Shown here one piece after another: positions 1 through 13,955 of a stretch of 64,000 nt of DNA. This DNA is from Lama glama (lineage: Eukaryota). The position numbers and the translations under genes are program-made. The DNA lies in NCBI GenBank assembly GCA_028534125.1, contig CM052817.1:66838001-66902000 (forward strand). Direction: 5' to 3'. Below the pieces are notes generated by a model, which was not told the origin of the DNA, did not search any database, and saw only the letters and a list, made by a program, of their open reading frames with translations. Each line of letters starts with the position of its first letter. Position 1 is the first letter of the stretch.

Positions 1-483
1 CCCGTAGGTGACAGAGAGATTCTGTGCCCTAATTATAGAAGATGATCAAACATACAACATCCTGACAGTGGACGGATGAGATCGACAGCAGTTAATTAAT
101 CATATATTCTTACAGCCCAGGGGAAGAGGGTACCACATGCTACTCTAGGCCTAACAGGTGTTGCACAGCACAGTGAAGAAGAAGAAGCTGTGGAAGGCAG
201 GCCTTGTAGTAACAGAAGGCTGAGCTGCTCTCTGGTTCCTGCAGGATAGTATGCTTACATTGCTTAAATAATTTTATGGGTTGGCAGTGAGGTGAATTTG
301 TTAGGTTGAGGACCAGGTCGGGTGCAGCTGGTTCAGCTGATAAGGAACTAATCAGATGGGAAACATTTCCTGCTGGGTGGGGGCATTTCTGGCAAGAACA
401 GGGAACTCACAGCTAGACCTCTGAGGCCCTGTGAAGCTCAAAGATGTCAAGGCAGCACTTGAAATTTTAGATCTTATAATACA
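1..483 (-). mobile_element. ERVL-class LTR, MER74-like, running off the left edge
   Basis: Minus strand begins TGTATTATAAGATCTAAAATTTCAAGTGCTGCCTTGACATCTTTGAGC, resembling the recalled MER73/MER74 LTR start. Confidence 0.65.
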
Positions 484-499
484 GGGGGAAAATCAATTT

Positions 500-930
500 C
501 CCTGTGATCATATTATGTTTGAGATCTTTGTGTGAAGATTCCATACAAGTGGAGATGTCAGGTTGAATATACATACCTAGAACTGTGAGATGGCTAATTT
601 GGAGGTAGTAATTTAGGAGATACAGATATTTAAAGTGATAGGCCTGGATGGGAGAGTATATTGATAGAGAAGAGAAAGGGGCCCAGGACTTAGATTTGGA
701 TACATTTCCACGTTGAGAGGAGTGTCAGTCAAGTAGACTAGAAAGAGTTGCTGGTGAGATGGGAAGAAAACCAGGAGGCTGAAGTGTCTTGATCCAAGAG
801 AAATATTCCAAGAAGAAAGTGATCACTTATGACAAATGCACTTGAGTTGTCTTGTAAGATAAATTATCATTGGATTTACAACATGATAAACATGACAGGA
901 GAGTCTCTGTGGAGTTGTGAGAGATGGAGA
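500..930 (-). mobile_element. L2 LINE fragment
   Basis: Purine-rich antisense L2 motifs (AAGTGGAGATGTCAGG, GATATTTAAAG...GGCCTGGATG, GGAAGAAAACCAGGAG). Confidence 0.65.
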
Positions 931-1289
931 GAACATGGGAAATCCTTTGTTGCTCCCCATTTAAATTTCATTGAAACAAGTAGTGTCTCCTGGTCTCTAG
1001 CCTCTAGTTATTATTTAGGTTAACAACAACAACAAAAACAAATCTCCTATAGAATCTAAGGCACATGGATACAGTAAATAATCATGGAGTCTCCTTCCAC
1101 AGGATGTTAGTCTCATCTCTCTTTCAGAGGCCAATATAAGAATTTGTGGGGTGGGTCCTATAAGGTAAGTACTTAGTCACCTGAGAAGTCACAGCAGGCA
1201 GAGGTATAGCGACCAGCACATGGCCCTGCCTTCCTCTCCTGTCATACTCCCTCAATGTTTACTCTGGAGGCTTGATAACTTTCTTTTAG

Positions 1290-1665
1290 TTTCTCAAGCA
1301 AGACAAGTTCCTGCTTCAGAACATTTGCATACACTTTTATCTCTGCCTGAAAAAAGAATCTCCCATTTTCTTCTGCAAAATCTCTATCAGGATCACCTTA
1401 GATTTTGTTTAAATGTCTCTTTTTCAGGAAATCCTCCTTGTCCTCTCAGATGAGGTCATATTTCTCTGCTAAAAATTCTCATTGTGAATTTTTGCTTCAA
1501 AACTCTTCCATGGTAATAATTAAATGCATATCTATGTAATTACTATCTCCATCACTTGACTCTAAGTTTTATGACATTTTGGTCTCTATTTTGTTCTTAA
1601 TGATATTTCAAGTGCCTGGCACAACTGCTGGTACAATGTGAGGAAACAATAAATATTTTGATTGT
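1290..1665 (+). mobile_element. L2 3' end
   Basis: CATTTGCATAC...CTCTGCCTG, AAATGTCTCTTTTTCAGGAAATCCTCC, AGTGCCTGGCACA...CAATAAATATTT terminal motif. Confidence 0.65.
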
Positions 1666-3729
1666 TCTCTTCTCAGTCTTAAGTGGAAATGGAAGGATTT
1701 CACTTAGCAGTAAAGATAAGGACAAAATCCATTCCAAATGTTTTTTTTCCATTTTTCCTTATGCCTAGGACAGATTATTGGAATGATTTTGTTCAAAATA
1801 TAAGTATGTATTGCTAAACTTCTGTGTTGAATTTCACCCTTTAAAAAAATCTACTTGGTTTGAACTGTAATATTGACTTAAAGATAGTAATTCTAAGGAG
1901 GACTCCCCTAGTTAATGTACAGTTCTGTATCAAAGTTATTTTATCTATCTTTCTGTCTGTCAATCATCTATCATCTCTATCTTTGTAATTATTTTAAAAT
2001 TGCATATATATGTTAAATATTAATAAATTGCAAATACAGGAAAAGTTTGTTGGTGATGGAGTAGTGCTTCAGAGTTTTTTTTTTTTCTTTCTGTTATTCC
2101 ATGGACATGAGTATTAGTAATCTACTCATGAACAGTAGAAAAGCTTCTGAGACAAGGCATTTTGACTTGGGTCCATTACCTTTACTCCATACATGATCCT
2201 CATTCCAACTTTAACTCCCTCTGAACTTGATGTCACTCCATTAGTGATCTCTATACATTTCTTCCCTCTACCCTGAACCCTTCATCTTTGCATTAACACT
2301 GGGCCCTCATATTTTTCTTTATTTCATCCCTGAACTTAAGAAGTTAGTCTCTGACATGGAGTAAACACATCTGTCTTAAACATTAAATGATAATAAAACC
2401 AAGCTAAATATTTTATATTTTAGTCTTCCTAAAATAAAAATGACTGTATTAGTGTTGGTCAAAATAAAATGTTATGTACCCAGTAGTTTCAACAGTTTGT
2501 ACAAATAGTGTAAAATAATAAAAAAAATTATTTTCACTGCCTTTAATGATTCAGGGAACACACTGTACATTGAGTTTCTTTTGAAATGTTACAGACAGGA
2601 AAGGCTTTGATCATTTGTAATCAGATTAGTGTCTTATGACTTTGATGTATGGCTGGAAGAAAAGGAGACTGAAGAGGGTGTGAACACTTTGTTTGTGTGA
2701 ATCGAAATTGATATTATAAAAGGTAACTGGCTCTGTCTGGCAGCAGTAATTTATTATTTGGCATTGTCACACCTCAAGATAATTTTAGAGTTCCCTGATG
2801 ATGTACCATTAGTTTGTTTTTTTCTTTTAACTTGGAAAATAATTTAGCAATTAGTGGGAGAAATTTGTGCATTATTTAGGCCTCCTTGGCCCTATATACT
2901 CTGATCTCTATCCTTGACTTTTTCTTCTCTTTGGAGAATCCCTATTTATCCTTCAGGATTCAACCTAAGCATCATCTCTTCTATGATAGTTATTCTCTAT
3001 ATATCTCTTCTTTCCTCCCAATTTTTCCAGGTAGACACAGATACTCTCCCTAGACTGTTCCCAAAGTACTTTATAAATATATTCTTTAATCATTTATTAT
3101 ATTGTGGTGAAATGATTTTTTGGCAAATGTAACTGGGGCTTAGCATTATGAGAATTCAACAAGATACATTCAAAAGGATTGATGCTGTATTAATCAATGG
3201 CATCTTAGTCATAAATAAGAATTGTCCAAGGAAAAATAGAGAAAACCTGTAAAAAAAAAGTGACTGTATTATAACCCCTGTTCTGATTCTATGTTCATCA
3301 ATAATTGTTTTTCCATGTAGGAAGTTAATATGCTAGTTGGTCAATATTCTGATATGTTTGCAAGTTTTCTGTGAGCTTTGCTAACATTAGTTGCTGTTCT
3401 GATTTGGAGTCAGTCCTGGGATACTCCAGACTTAGAGTAAGAACTGGGACTGACATTTATACATCAGGATAACTAGACCTCATAAAACATCTTAGCACCT
3501 AACTGGTCAGGACCTTCTCTGAAATACTGCATGTTTTGAAATGTTCGGAGGTAGTAGTTCATCCTCTTCAGAACTACCAAATGAAATGTATGCTATCCAC
3601 ATTTTAAAGATTTAAATATCAGAATGTGTCAGGATTGTTTGTTTCCTAAGGTTATTATCAGAGTCAGAGACAGACCTACATAGCCTTTACTTCACCAAGT
3701 TCATGTGGCTGGATCTCACAATCTACTAG

Positions 3730-3960
3730 TCAAAGGCATAGGTAGCTTCTGGAGTCAGACCTCCTGAGTTCAAACCTTACTTTCGCCAGTAGCAAGCTGT
3801 GTAATTTGGGCAAGATGGTTGAAATATCTGTGTCCTAATTTCTTTATTAAATTAATTTAATTAACTTATTAATAAATACATCTAGGGATAATACCCCATA
3901 AGTTTGTGTAAAAATTAATTAAAAATATAGACTAAGTGCTATCTATAGGTAATAAAGAGC
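3730..3960 (+). mobile_element. MIR SINE
   Basis: CTGGAGTCAGACCTCCTGAGTTCAAACC...GCTGTGTAATTTGGGCAAG core. Confidence 0.7.
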
Positions 3961-5569
3961 ATGAGGCTGATTGAAGACGATGATGAATTTTATTTGCTGA
4001 AAGCATTAACTTTAAAAAATTTCTTACTAAATTGGACATAGTTTCCTCTTGCCTTCACGCACATGTTTTCTGTTGAAAACAGACAAAATAAGAGGAATAA
4101 GTTAAGCAATCTCTAAGTCTACATGGAAGGGAAATCTTATGTCCTTGGAATAAAATTATGGACTATTGTGAATGTTGTATGCCCTAATAGTCATATGCAC
4201 ACTCACATTTTCTGAGGATGATCATAATAATAAATCAAAACATTACAGTTGTCTCAACCCCATTTTGAACAATGAAATTTCATGTGATCACTGAAGAGTA
4301 TTAACAAAGCAAGTATATGATGATTAGATATTTTTTAGTTGCTTTCCCTTTTATCCATACAGGGCTATCCTTAATATTCTGCTCTTCTGTTATCATATGA
4401 GATACGTGGACCACATTTTATACTTGACCACGATCTCCGTGGACTCTAATGGGCATAAAAGGGAAATGGCTGATTCAGATTTGCAGAAGTTCCTTTGATT
4501 CCTGAGAAAAGTCAGGAGGTGAAATCTAAGAGAAGTTAAGCCATGGAGAAGAAGCAGCCATCTCTTTAAACTTGAGATGGGGTGATAGATTTTGCAGCCT
4601 GGAGAGAAGAACAGCTAGGATGTGTCCTTCAGTTTTCATACTCAGGGTCAAAAGAACTTTCAAAGCAGTTGCTTGATTTTGGTTCACTATGAATTTGGAG
4701 CCCCAAGTCTGAAAGAAGGTTTCCCAGAATCCAAAGACAAAGAAGGCTACTTTCTATACAATCTTTCTTATATGCATACTTACAAAATCTAAAAATAAAA
4801 TTTTCTGAAATATTTTAATCTTCTATAATAAAAGTTTTATTCTTCAATGTTTACAGAAAATTTTAAAATAATTGTTAATAACCTAAGAAAATACAGTACC
4901 TTTCAGTATGTAAACATGAATGATTGAATTGCAGACCAGAATATTAAAGGAAAACTTCTGCATAATTGGTGAAAAATAAATGTAATTATTAATTATTTTG
5001 TATGCTTATACTCATAAGGAGTATTTTTTTCTGATTTTGTATTTTAACATCCATAGTCCATTTGATTCTATACATATGTTTGTGATGCATCTGTTTTCAG
5101 ATATGATGTTCATTAAAATCAGATACTGACATACTCCACTGCCAGGTACACACAATACTTTTCCTCTAGGATTTTATCATTACTAAAAACCAGTGCCTGC
5201 TCTGTGGGTCCTATTCTTCCTTTTTCTGAATTTGTTTGTAATTATGGTTATTCTGTCCCTTCTCCATCATTATACATTAGATGGAAGATAGGACAGATGG
5301 CTTGTCATTTTAGATTGTAGATTACGGTACCAAGAGTAACCCAAGAGTAACCCCATCCAGGTCAGATGGAGAGGGCTGCGCGCTACCTGGATGTCCTGTT
5401 CTTTGAGCTGGATGCAGTAACTGCATGCCATTTTGTGATGTGTACAGTGGTGTGTGTGGGGAGGGGTATATTCTGTGTTTAACACAAATGGTGCACATAG
5501 ATATTCGGTGGTGAGATGGGTCATCTGTGGTAGGGGCTAGATTTCCACTAAAGGGTTATGCTGTCCTTC

Positions 5570-5905
5570 CATAGTGCAAAGTTATTGCTGAGTGGTAGCT
5601 ACTTAGCCAAGGTCTATTTCTCTGGCTCCCTTGCATTTAGGTGGTACCATGTGTCTAGCTCTTGTCTGTGGAATATAATTAGGAATCAGACATACCCAAA
5701 CTTGTTTCCTTCATATCTTCCTTGATTCAAGATAACACACTCACTTGGAAGCTGAGTTTTGAAGGTACCAATGCCACAGAAGTAAAGAGCTGTTTATTGA
5801 CTCAGAGCTTGGAGGAGAACCACATCTTCTAAAGCACGAATTCTGTCTTCATACTTTGTGTGAAAAATAAACTGTTTAAGATATTATACTTTTGGTATTA
5901 TACAT
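5570..5905 (+). mobile_element. Old MaLR/ERVL LTR fragment (MLT1J/K- or LTR16-like)
   Basis: CTCCCTTGCATTTAGGTGGTACCATGTGTCTAG...GGAATAT, and ACTTTGTGTGAAAAATAAACTG near the end. Confidence 0.5.
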
Positions 5906-7889
5906 TTAATTGATCATTACTTAAGCAAATACCAATATGTGTTTAGTATTTAAAAGTCAAATTTGTAAAAGAAATACATTATTTAACTTTTGTTTTTTGG
6001 TGACTTTGAATTGACTATATATTTTATGAGGACTATTTTCAGTTTTTTTCTTTAAATGAATAGTAAACCTGATTTTTAAAACTATTATTCATTTTCTAAT
6101 TGAGGTAGTTAAGCTTCCAACTTTAGCAAATTCATAACAGACTTATGTTTCCATACTATCACTTTGTTCCTTAAAATTTGGAGGACTAAGTCATTTGTCC
6201 CTCATGTTCTTTCTAGAGCGTTTGAGTTTGCATAACACTACTCTTTGCCATTCCCACTGTTAGTAGTGCAGACCCCACCTTGGGATAATAAAGGTAGGAA
6301 TAAAAGCAGAGCAGTGACTTGCCCAGAGGTGATATGGGATAGATGGCTGGATGAGATGCAACATGACAGGATGAAGTAGGATGAGATGGAATTCCTGTGT
6401 AGCAGCAAGTCTGCTATGGTGAGTAGGAAGATATATTTCACAAGTTTTTGGGTCACGTTAGCCTGGATGACTGTTCCTAAGCAGAGAAACAGTGTTATTC
6501 TAACTGTTTTTGCAAAGCCTTGAAATGAAAGGATAAGGAGTGTTGGCTGGGGAATTTATGCCCCTCTTCTCATGCCTTTGTTGTGTATGCAGAAAAAGTT
6601 TAATTTCAGGTAGATCCCTACATTCTTCAGTAATTACCTATATTTTTCAAGATTTGCATTTTAGCATCAATTCTTTGAATACATAAAGTATTTTTAAGTA
6701 TGAAAAACTGTCTTTGAGATGCCTGGATTCTTTCCCTGATACTCAACCTTTTTGAGTCATTTTCTCTTGCTTAAAACCCTCATACTGTTTCTCTCTGATC
6801 CCAGGACCCACTGGACCCCCATGAAGTCTGTTGCACTTGGTTTCAACTTGCCTAATTCAGGTTCTCAGTGGCTTCTTAGGTGCTCAGAATTTGTTGCTAT
6901 TATCAGTGTATATTTTGAGATCAATTCATTCATCCGTGCATCTTGCAGATTGTTTCTACCCACTATACTTGTGCATCCAAGACTTAATGGTGCTCTGCTA
7001 AATACAGGGTCATGTACTTTTGGGGTCTGACTTTTAGGAACACAAAGCTGAGGCTTTGCATGTTTTAGTGCTTTCCTTAGTCTGGTGTGTAAACATATAC
7101 TCAAGGGTTGAATTCATTTAAAATGCATTTATCCTCTCGGGCTAACTAGGACTGTCCACAGAAATCCACTCTTAGCATATTTGGAGGTTGGAGGAAAAGG
7201 AAACTCCACATTTGAGACCCCTGGTACAGATGGCATTTCTGATTTAGAATGTAGAACAATATTCTGATGCCTTTTGATTTATACAGTAGAATTCTCTTCA
7301 ACATCCTTTCCAATACATTTTAAAATGAACTGTGGGCATCTTGCTATAAACTGAAAAGAACATTTCATTGGTAATAAAATATAAAGTTAATTAAAAGAGA
7401 TCTTCAACTTGTCTTCTGAAGTCTCAGACCAGGCAGTGGTTCAAATTCTTTAGTGGGAGACTGGGCCATTCATCACTGTTTGTTTGGCATGTCAGAGTCA
7501 CAGGAGTTCCTTTGTAATTTATGCACTGCCTTTATGAATGTGGCATTATATCTAGACAGTAACTATGTTAATTTCCCCTAATTGTGATATCATCTGTCTA
7601 TCAACAGCCAAATATTGTAACCTTTAAAAACCTGTAGCGATTGTTTTTCAAATTTGCAAGGCATTGTAACACTAACCTTGAGAAAATGAGACATTTCTTG
7701 TGAATTCATTTAAAACAGAAGTTTCACTCTTTTCCTCAGAATAATATTGAAAAACATTTTATTACTTATGCGGTACATGGTTGTTAAGGGAAATATGGTT
7801 AATACAGAAAAATAAAAAGAAAATTGTACATTGTACTTCTAGTAATCATCTACATAACATTTAGATTTTTTTTTCACTCAAGGCAGCTA

Positions 7890-8430
7890 TAACAGATATG
7901 TGCTATTCTTATTGAACACCTATCTATGTTTAGGGAATATCCACCTTATGAAGCACAACCTGCCTCTATTTTAGTAGCACAAAATCCAGTATTCATTTTC
8001 CGGTGGCCTTGGAGCTAAGGGCAAGCACATAGCTTAGGCTACACCAATCTGATGCAGCCACCCTGGGCTTTGGATTGAAAGCTATTGAAGCGAAGCAGCA
8101 TAGATGCAAGAGAACCCATTCCAGTGAGGGCAGTGCCACGGTGGCACCAACATCCAGTTTCCAGAGGCTGAAGCAGCAGTAGTACTGGTGGCAGCACAAG
8201 GTGCCTGGTTTTGGTGCTGAAAGTTTTGCAAGTAACAGTGATTGTGCCCCACAGTTCTGGTGGCTATGTGGCTGCTTTAATGGTTCTGGGATGCTGTTTT
8301 CTATATTGCCAGTGGCTACATGGCCCCAGCCTTATTCTTCCAGCTCTCAGAAGAGAGTTTTTGAGTTACTTAATATAATAAAATTTGTTTTGACTAAGGT
8401 TATCTGAATTTCTTGCAGCTAAATACAGTG
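7890..8430 (+). mobile_element. ERVL LTR, LTR33-like
   Basis: TTTTCCGGTGGCCTTGGAGCTAAGGGCAAGCACATAGCTTAGGCT..CCAATC, GCAGCAG-rich middle, AATAAA and TTGCAGCTAAA end. Confidence 0.55.
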
Positions 8431-8609
8431 AATCAGTGGATTATTCTTTGTCATATGATAAGAATTATATTTCAACATGATTCTGACCCTAAGGTATGTT
8501 CTACCTATGGACCAAGATTTTCTGCAGGAAAGTCTTATGTTTAATTTCAGAGTCTTTTGGGTTCCTGGACCCATTTCCAACGTGTGTATGTGGGATTGAG
8601 TTGGGGCAA

Positions 8610-8863
8610 TGTTTTCCACACAATACCGAACAATTCTCAGACACCAGCAGGGTGTCTGAAAATTCAACTTAATTCAATTCTGATGCCATCTACCCAAAGA
8701 TAGCATCAGATTCCACAGGTAAAGGGCTCAGTCGTACAAGACTGATCCCCCTTTGCCCACCCAACCATCCCCACATACACTTCAGGTGCCACTCACAAGC
8801 CCAGAATGTCACCTGTGATTCTGACCCACTGGCTAAAGATTGGAGGTTCCAATGAACCCCTCC
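8610..8863 (-). mobile_element. MER21-like LTR, 3' portion
   Basis: CAATTCTCAGACACCAGCAGGGTGTC...AATTCAATTCTGATGCCATCTACC...CCACAGGTAAAGGGCTCAGTC...GGAGGTTCCAATGAACCCCTCC matches the recalled MER21 reverse complement. Confidence 0.7.
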
Positions 8864-9094
8864 ATGTTCTAGTTAAAGATGCATTGTACATCTGCTTTAA
8901 CCATTAAAGAAAATAATGCATTTAAAAAAATAAAAATAAAGATGGAGTAAAGCATTCAAATGATTCAAGCTTAAATGGAGCTGGCTGGCCATTTGTAGAT
9001 GTGGTTTCAGACATGCTCCTGCATCACTGAGAACTTGAATTTTTTAAACTGTATCAAACTCAAGGACACAACTAACCATTTTGCTTGTTACAGG

Positions 9095-10640
9095 TATTTT
9101 GAGATTTCCTATTTATTTTTAAATGTTTATGTAATTTGTGTATTTCTAGGAATTTTTCATTTTAACTAGAGTATCAGATTTGTTGGTGTGCACTGGTTGA
9201 TAGTATGCTGTTATAATCCATTTTACTTCTGGAAGGTTCGTAGCGGTGTTCTCACTTGCATTCTGATCTTATTTGCATCTTCTCTCTTTTTCCCCTTAAC
9301 AGTCTGGATAAAAATCTGTCAAATTTATTGATTATTTCAAAGAATGAATTTTTGGTTTTGTTGATTCTCTTTGTTGTTTCTCTATTCTTCATTTCATTTA
9401 TCTCCACTCTAATCTTTATCATTTTTTTCCTCTTAGTAGTTTTGGATTTAGTTTGCTCTTATTTTTCTAGTTCCTCAATGTGTAAAGTTGTGTAATTCAT
9501 TCAAAATATTTCTTCTTTTTTAATGTAGGTGTTTACAGCTATAAATTTCCCTTTGAACACTACTTCACTATAGCCCGTAAGTTTGGAAATTTGTTTTTGT
9601 TTTCATTCATCTCAAGTATTTTCTAATTTTCTTGTAATTTCTTCTTAATCTTTTGATTATTTAAAAATATGTTGTTTAATTTTCACATATTTGTGAATTG
9701 TACAGCTTTCCTTTTGCTATTGATTTCTAGCTTCATTCCATTATGATTGGAGAAGATATTTTGTGTGATTTCAGTCCTTTAAAATTTTGAGACTTATTTT
9801 GTGGTATAACATATGACCTTTCCTGGAGAATATTTTATGTAAACTTGAGAAGAATACATGTTCTGCTGCTATTGTGTGAAGTTTCTGTACATGTATGTTA
9901 GGTCTAGTTGATTTATAGTATTTTCCAGGTTCTATATTTCTTTATTATCTGTCTAAATATTCTATTATTGAAAGTGGGGTATTGAAGTCTCCAGCTATTA
10001 CTGTAGAGTTTCATTTCTCCCTTCATTTCTGTCAATTTTTAGTTCATATATCTTTGGGACCTGTTGTTGGGTGCTTATATGTTTGTAATTGTTAAATCTT
10101 CTTGAAGAGTTGAGCCTTTTGTCAATATATAAAAACCTTCTTTTTCTCTTGTAACAATTTTTGACATAAAGTCTATTTTGTTTATTGTATATGACATTTT
10201 TCCATATTGAGTCATTGCTTGTTTTCAATTTTTTTCTCTTTGTCTTTGCCTTTCAGTATTTTCACTTTGAGGTGTCTGGATGTAGATTTTCTTTGTTTAT
10301 ATTACTTGTTCTCTAATTAATTTGTTTTTCAGTAAGTCTGGGAAGTTTTAAAACGTATTTCTTTACGAAAATTTTTGAACCTATTTATTTCTCTTCTTTC
10401 CTTCTAGTATTTCCATTATGTGTATGTAGGTGTGCTTTATGTTAACTCACTTTTTTCTAAGCCTTTGTTTTCCTTCATTTTATGTTCTTTAGGTTGCTCA
10501 ATCTCTATTGCTCTCTCATTAAGTTCACTAATTCTTTGTCTACAAGCTTCAATTTAATTTTTAATTTCATTTATTTTACTTTTTAACTTTTGAATGTCTA
10601 TTTGGTTCATAATTTTTATCTCTTTATTGATTTTATATAT
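9095..10640 (-). mobile_element. Degraded L1 (L1M-type): ORF2 endonuclease region plus upstream ORF1-region remnant
   Basis: T-rich + strand with GAAAGTGGGGTATTGAAGTCTCCAGCTATTA (antisense of the IAGDFNTPLS endonuclease motif) and other antisense ORF2 motifs; many stops and frameshifts. Confidence 0.85.
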
Positions 10641-10644
10641 ATTC

Positions 10645-11333
10645 TTCCTATTATAATCATCATTACTCATTCAGTATTGTAATTCTCAGAATATTTGGAA
10701 TTTTCTCTTTTGATAGTGCACATTCTTTTTAGTGAAAGGCCACAGGTCCTTTGGGGAAAGGCTTGGAGGAATACTTACACTGTATACTTGTGCTAGTGTT
10801 ACAAAGTTCTTCCTCAGGGGAAACTGTCTTCCTCTTTAGTCAATGAACTATGAATGCAGCCTATGTTGTAATTCTGCAACTCACACAGTTAAATTTTAGA
10901 AGCAATTTTTAGTCATATCTTCTCTGTGGTTGCCTGAAAGAAGAGGTTATTTTAGGGCCCTCTTATAATTCTGGTGGTCTTCCAATAATTACTTGTGGTA
11001 AAAGTTTAAAGCCCTAAGCTCATCCTTTTCATTCTGTAAGTTTTCTAGTGTAGATACTATTAGAAATACTACTACCTCCCCTGCTCAGTCATTGTAATTA
11101 AAATTCCGCAATGAAGAAGTGTAGTTGCTATTCAGTTTTTCAAAGTCTTGCTCTCAGTAAGCCTTTCATCCTAAGTAAACATAGGCAATAATTTAACTGA
11201 TCATGATGGCACTGCATGCCATTGATTATTAATGCCCAATTTTCCATTCATTGGGGGTTCAGATGGTATTCAAGATCAAATACATAGTTAAACTAAACCA
11301 GAATCCTCTCTGACCACTCCTGGTATCAAGTAC
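10645..11333 (-). mobile_element. ERVL-type internal region (PBS, leader and gag-like remnant)
   Basis: Directly follows an LTR end (TGATACA) on the minus strand with TTGATACCAGGAGTGGT, resembling the ERVL/MaLR PBS TTGGTACCAGGAGTGG. Confidence 0.55.
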
Positions 11334-11923
11334 TGTATCAGTTAAGAGGTCCAGTAAGGGAAAGGTAAATCACATGAAATATTTCAAGCAGAGATTTTGA
11401 TTCCACACATGTTAGAAGTCTAAAAGTGCAAAAAAGCAGATGTTTATGTAATGCAGAAATTCATACTTGCTAAGGAATCCTGGTATGTAAAAAAGAAAGA
11501 GGAGATATTACTAGACTCAGAACTCAGAAGAGGGACTTCAGTGGGCTGGTGTTTGGGACTCTGTGAAGATGTCAAGTCTTCAGGTGAGGGAATGTGATGT
11601 GGTTGGTATCTGGTTGTTTAAGGGGCACAGCACAGTTGCTACTGCTGTCTTGAAGGGTACATGGAAAGCTCATGCTGGGAGTGTTAGAAAAAAGTAGAGG
11701 TAGGTGTCAACTGTTTGCTGCTGCTAGGATATCACTGGCCAGAATTTCTCTCCTTCTACATTCTGATTTCCTTCTCATGGATCCCATTACAGAACCTGAC
11801 AGAAGGTCAGGCTACAAGGAAGTCTGGGGAGTGTATTTTACAAAGTCCTTGCTCTGATATCACAGCAAACAGTATACAAGGGGGCTTGGTGGTGAGAGAC
11901 AGTGGAAAATGTTATCTGATATA
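11334..11923 (-). mobile_element. Old ERVL-type LTR (LTR78/79-like), 5' LTR of a truncated provirus
   Basis: Minus strand starts ...CTGTCTCTCACCACCAAGCCCCCTTGTATACTG...CTTCTGTCAGGTTCTG and ends CTGGACCTCTTAACTGATACA. Confidence 0.6.
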
Positions 11924-11959
11924 CTCCACTATACCTTGCACCAAAACTTACTTATTCTT

Positions 11960-12660
11960 TCTTTATTTATTCATTCATTTATTTCCTAATAGAGCTTGTG
12001 TATCAGTTCAGGGGAGTAGATAATAAATATAATGTTTGAGTAAATTATATGATATTATGGAAAATAATAAATGCTATGACAAAATAAAGAGCAGGATGGA
12101 GAATTGCAAAGAATAGTTTGGGGTGGGGTTGAGGATTTGCTGTTTTAAATGAGGTAATCAGCACTGGGCAAAGATTTGAAGAAAATGATGGAGTTTCTCA
12201 TGCAGTTATCTTGGTGGACAACATTCTAGACAAAAGGAATAGCCAGTTCCAAAGTCCTGAGGTTGTGGCACACTTGGCACATGCTAGGAAAGAAGTTAAT
12301 ACATTGGATCCTAGTGAGCATCGGACAGAAAAACAGAAGAAAGTAATAAGGGCCACATCATGAAGGTGCTTCTAGGGCATTGTAAGAATTTTTGCTTTTA
12401 TTCTGAGTGATACGGGAAGCCATGAGGTTTTAAGCAGAAGAGTGAGACGATGCGATGCAGTTTTAAAAGAATCATTCTAGTTGCTTTATTGAGAATCAGC
12501 TTTAAGGAGGGTGTGAGATGGAGGCTATTGCTATAATCTAGGCAGATGAAGGTAGCTTGGACCAGGTTTGTAGCCATTGCTATAGTGTGAATCAGTGGAA
12601 CACTGGATATCTTTTAAGAGCTTAGAGGATTTCCGGATGCTTTGAATGTGTAGTGGGTTG
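11960..12660 (-). mobile_element. L2 LINE (L2a-like) 3' region
   Basis: TTCATTCATT tail, CAAAGTCCTGAGG, TTTTATTCTGAGTGATACGGGAAGCCAT..GGTTTTAAGCAG, GGAGGCTATTGCTATAATCTAGGCAG. Confidence 0.8.
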
Positions 12661-13289
12661 GTGACGATATCTCACTTCCTTCTCTCTTTACCCCTTCATG
12701 ATGAGTTGGTGGGACAGGGTAGGGTATGCTTGTATCTAAGTGGGGTTAAGGGGCTGAATCAGAGAAGATATCCTTGCAGCGGAGGAAATGGAGAGGCGGT
12801 GTGGGTCATTGCTGCCTCCTAACATGGAATTGTCCTGGGTATTCTTCCTCAGAGCACAGGGGAGGAGGCGGTGAGAGAGCAGTCAGTGATGCTACCAAGG
12901 AAACCTGAAAAGAAACATTTCTGCTTTTTCTCCCTCATCTATTATCTTCTGAAGTTGAACATTTTTATTCTTCAACCTAAAATGGCTGCATCTTTCCTAA
13001 GAAATGAGTTTAGTTTAACATGTCTGAAGCTACTCTTTCTATTAATCGGCCATTTCTAAGCCTTCCCCTTTACAATTTTCCCTACTCAGGGCTCAGGGAC
13101 AGATGGCACATTTCCAGAACATGCATAAAATCCATGAGAGCTTGTGCGGACTCTGAAAACAGCCCAGGGCTATGGGATAGGAGGCTATAAGGCTAGTTGT
13201 GCCCATCAGAGAGCTTTGGATGGGGACAGGATAATACAGGCAACAAGGGTTTCTTTAATCCCTCCAGTCACACAATAATAAGGTGATGT

Positions 13290-13500
13290 TTTTGAATATT
13301 TATTTAATGTTTGACTCTGCCTTATTCATGCACCAGCTCATTCAGTCCTCACATTAGCACTTTGAAGAAATTTTCTCTTTTTTGCTGATGAGTTAAATGA
13401 GGCTCAGAGCAGAGAATCACTTGCCCCAGGTCCTGCAGCTAGCAGATGGTGGGGCTTAGATTTAAACTTGTCTGTCGATTGTTAAAGCTCTGATGCCATG
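13290..13500 (-). mobile_element. MIR SINE
   Basis: CTCATTCAGTCCTCAC...GATGAGTTAAATGAGGCTCAGAG...ACTTGCCCCAGGTCCTGCAGCTAG. Confidence 0.75.
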
Positions 13501-13955
13501 GCTCTGAAATGCTATGCTCCATACTCAACTACATGTACTTCTGAATCTACGTCCCAGTTCATCTGTTCCTGCTTTCTACTCAGAATATTTCTTTTCATTT
13601 TGATACCTTTGCTCCCCATAGATGCTTTTTCTGAATCAAAGTATTTTAGGAAAACTAGACATTTTTATAAGGAAAAATAAGGGAGGAAGCACAATATAGT
13701 TTTGAAGGATGGTTAGGTGAGTGTGTTTAGATAAGATCCGACCTTCTAAAACATATGATATGTTAACCAGTAGGAAAATATTAGGGCTGCTTTTATTTTT
13801 AATATTATTTTTAATGTTCTTACGGGGAAAAGAAGAGAAATCAAATCTGTTATGTATTACCACATATACAAAGGATGATGAATGTATTAAACTTACTCAG
13901 TATAATTACCACAACTTAAAAATACTTTATCCACTAGCTACAAACTTTATATACA

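Noticed and set aside
9256..10228. Hydrophobic 79-aa and basic 76-aa ORFs
   Set aside because: Antisense and off-frame translations of degraded L1 ORF2.
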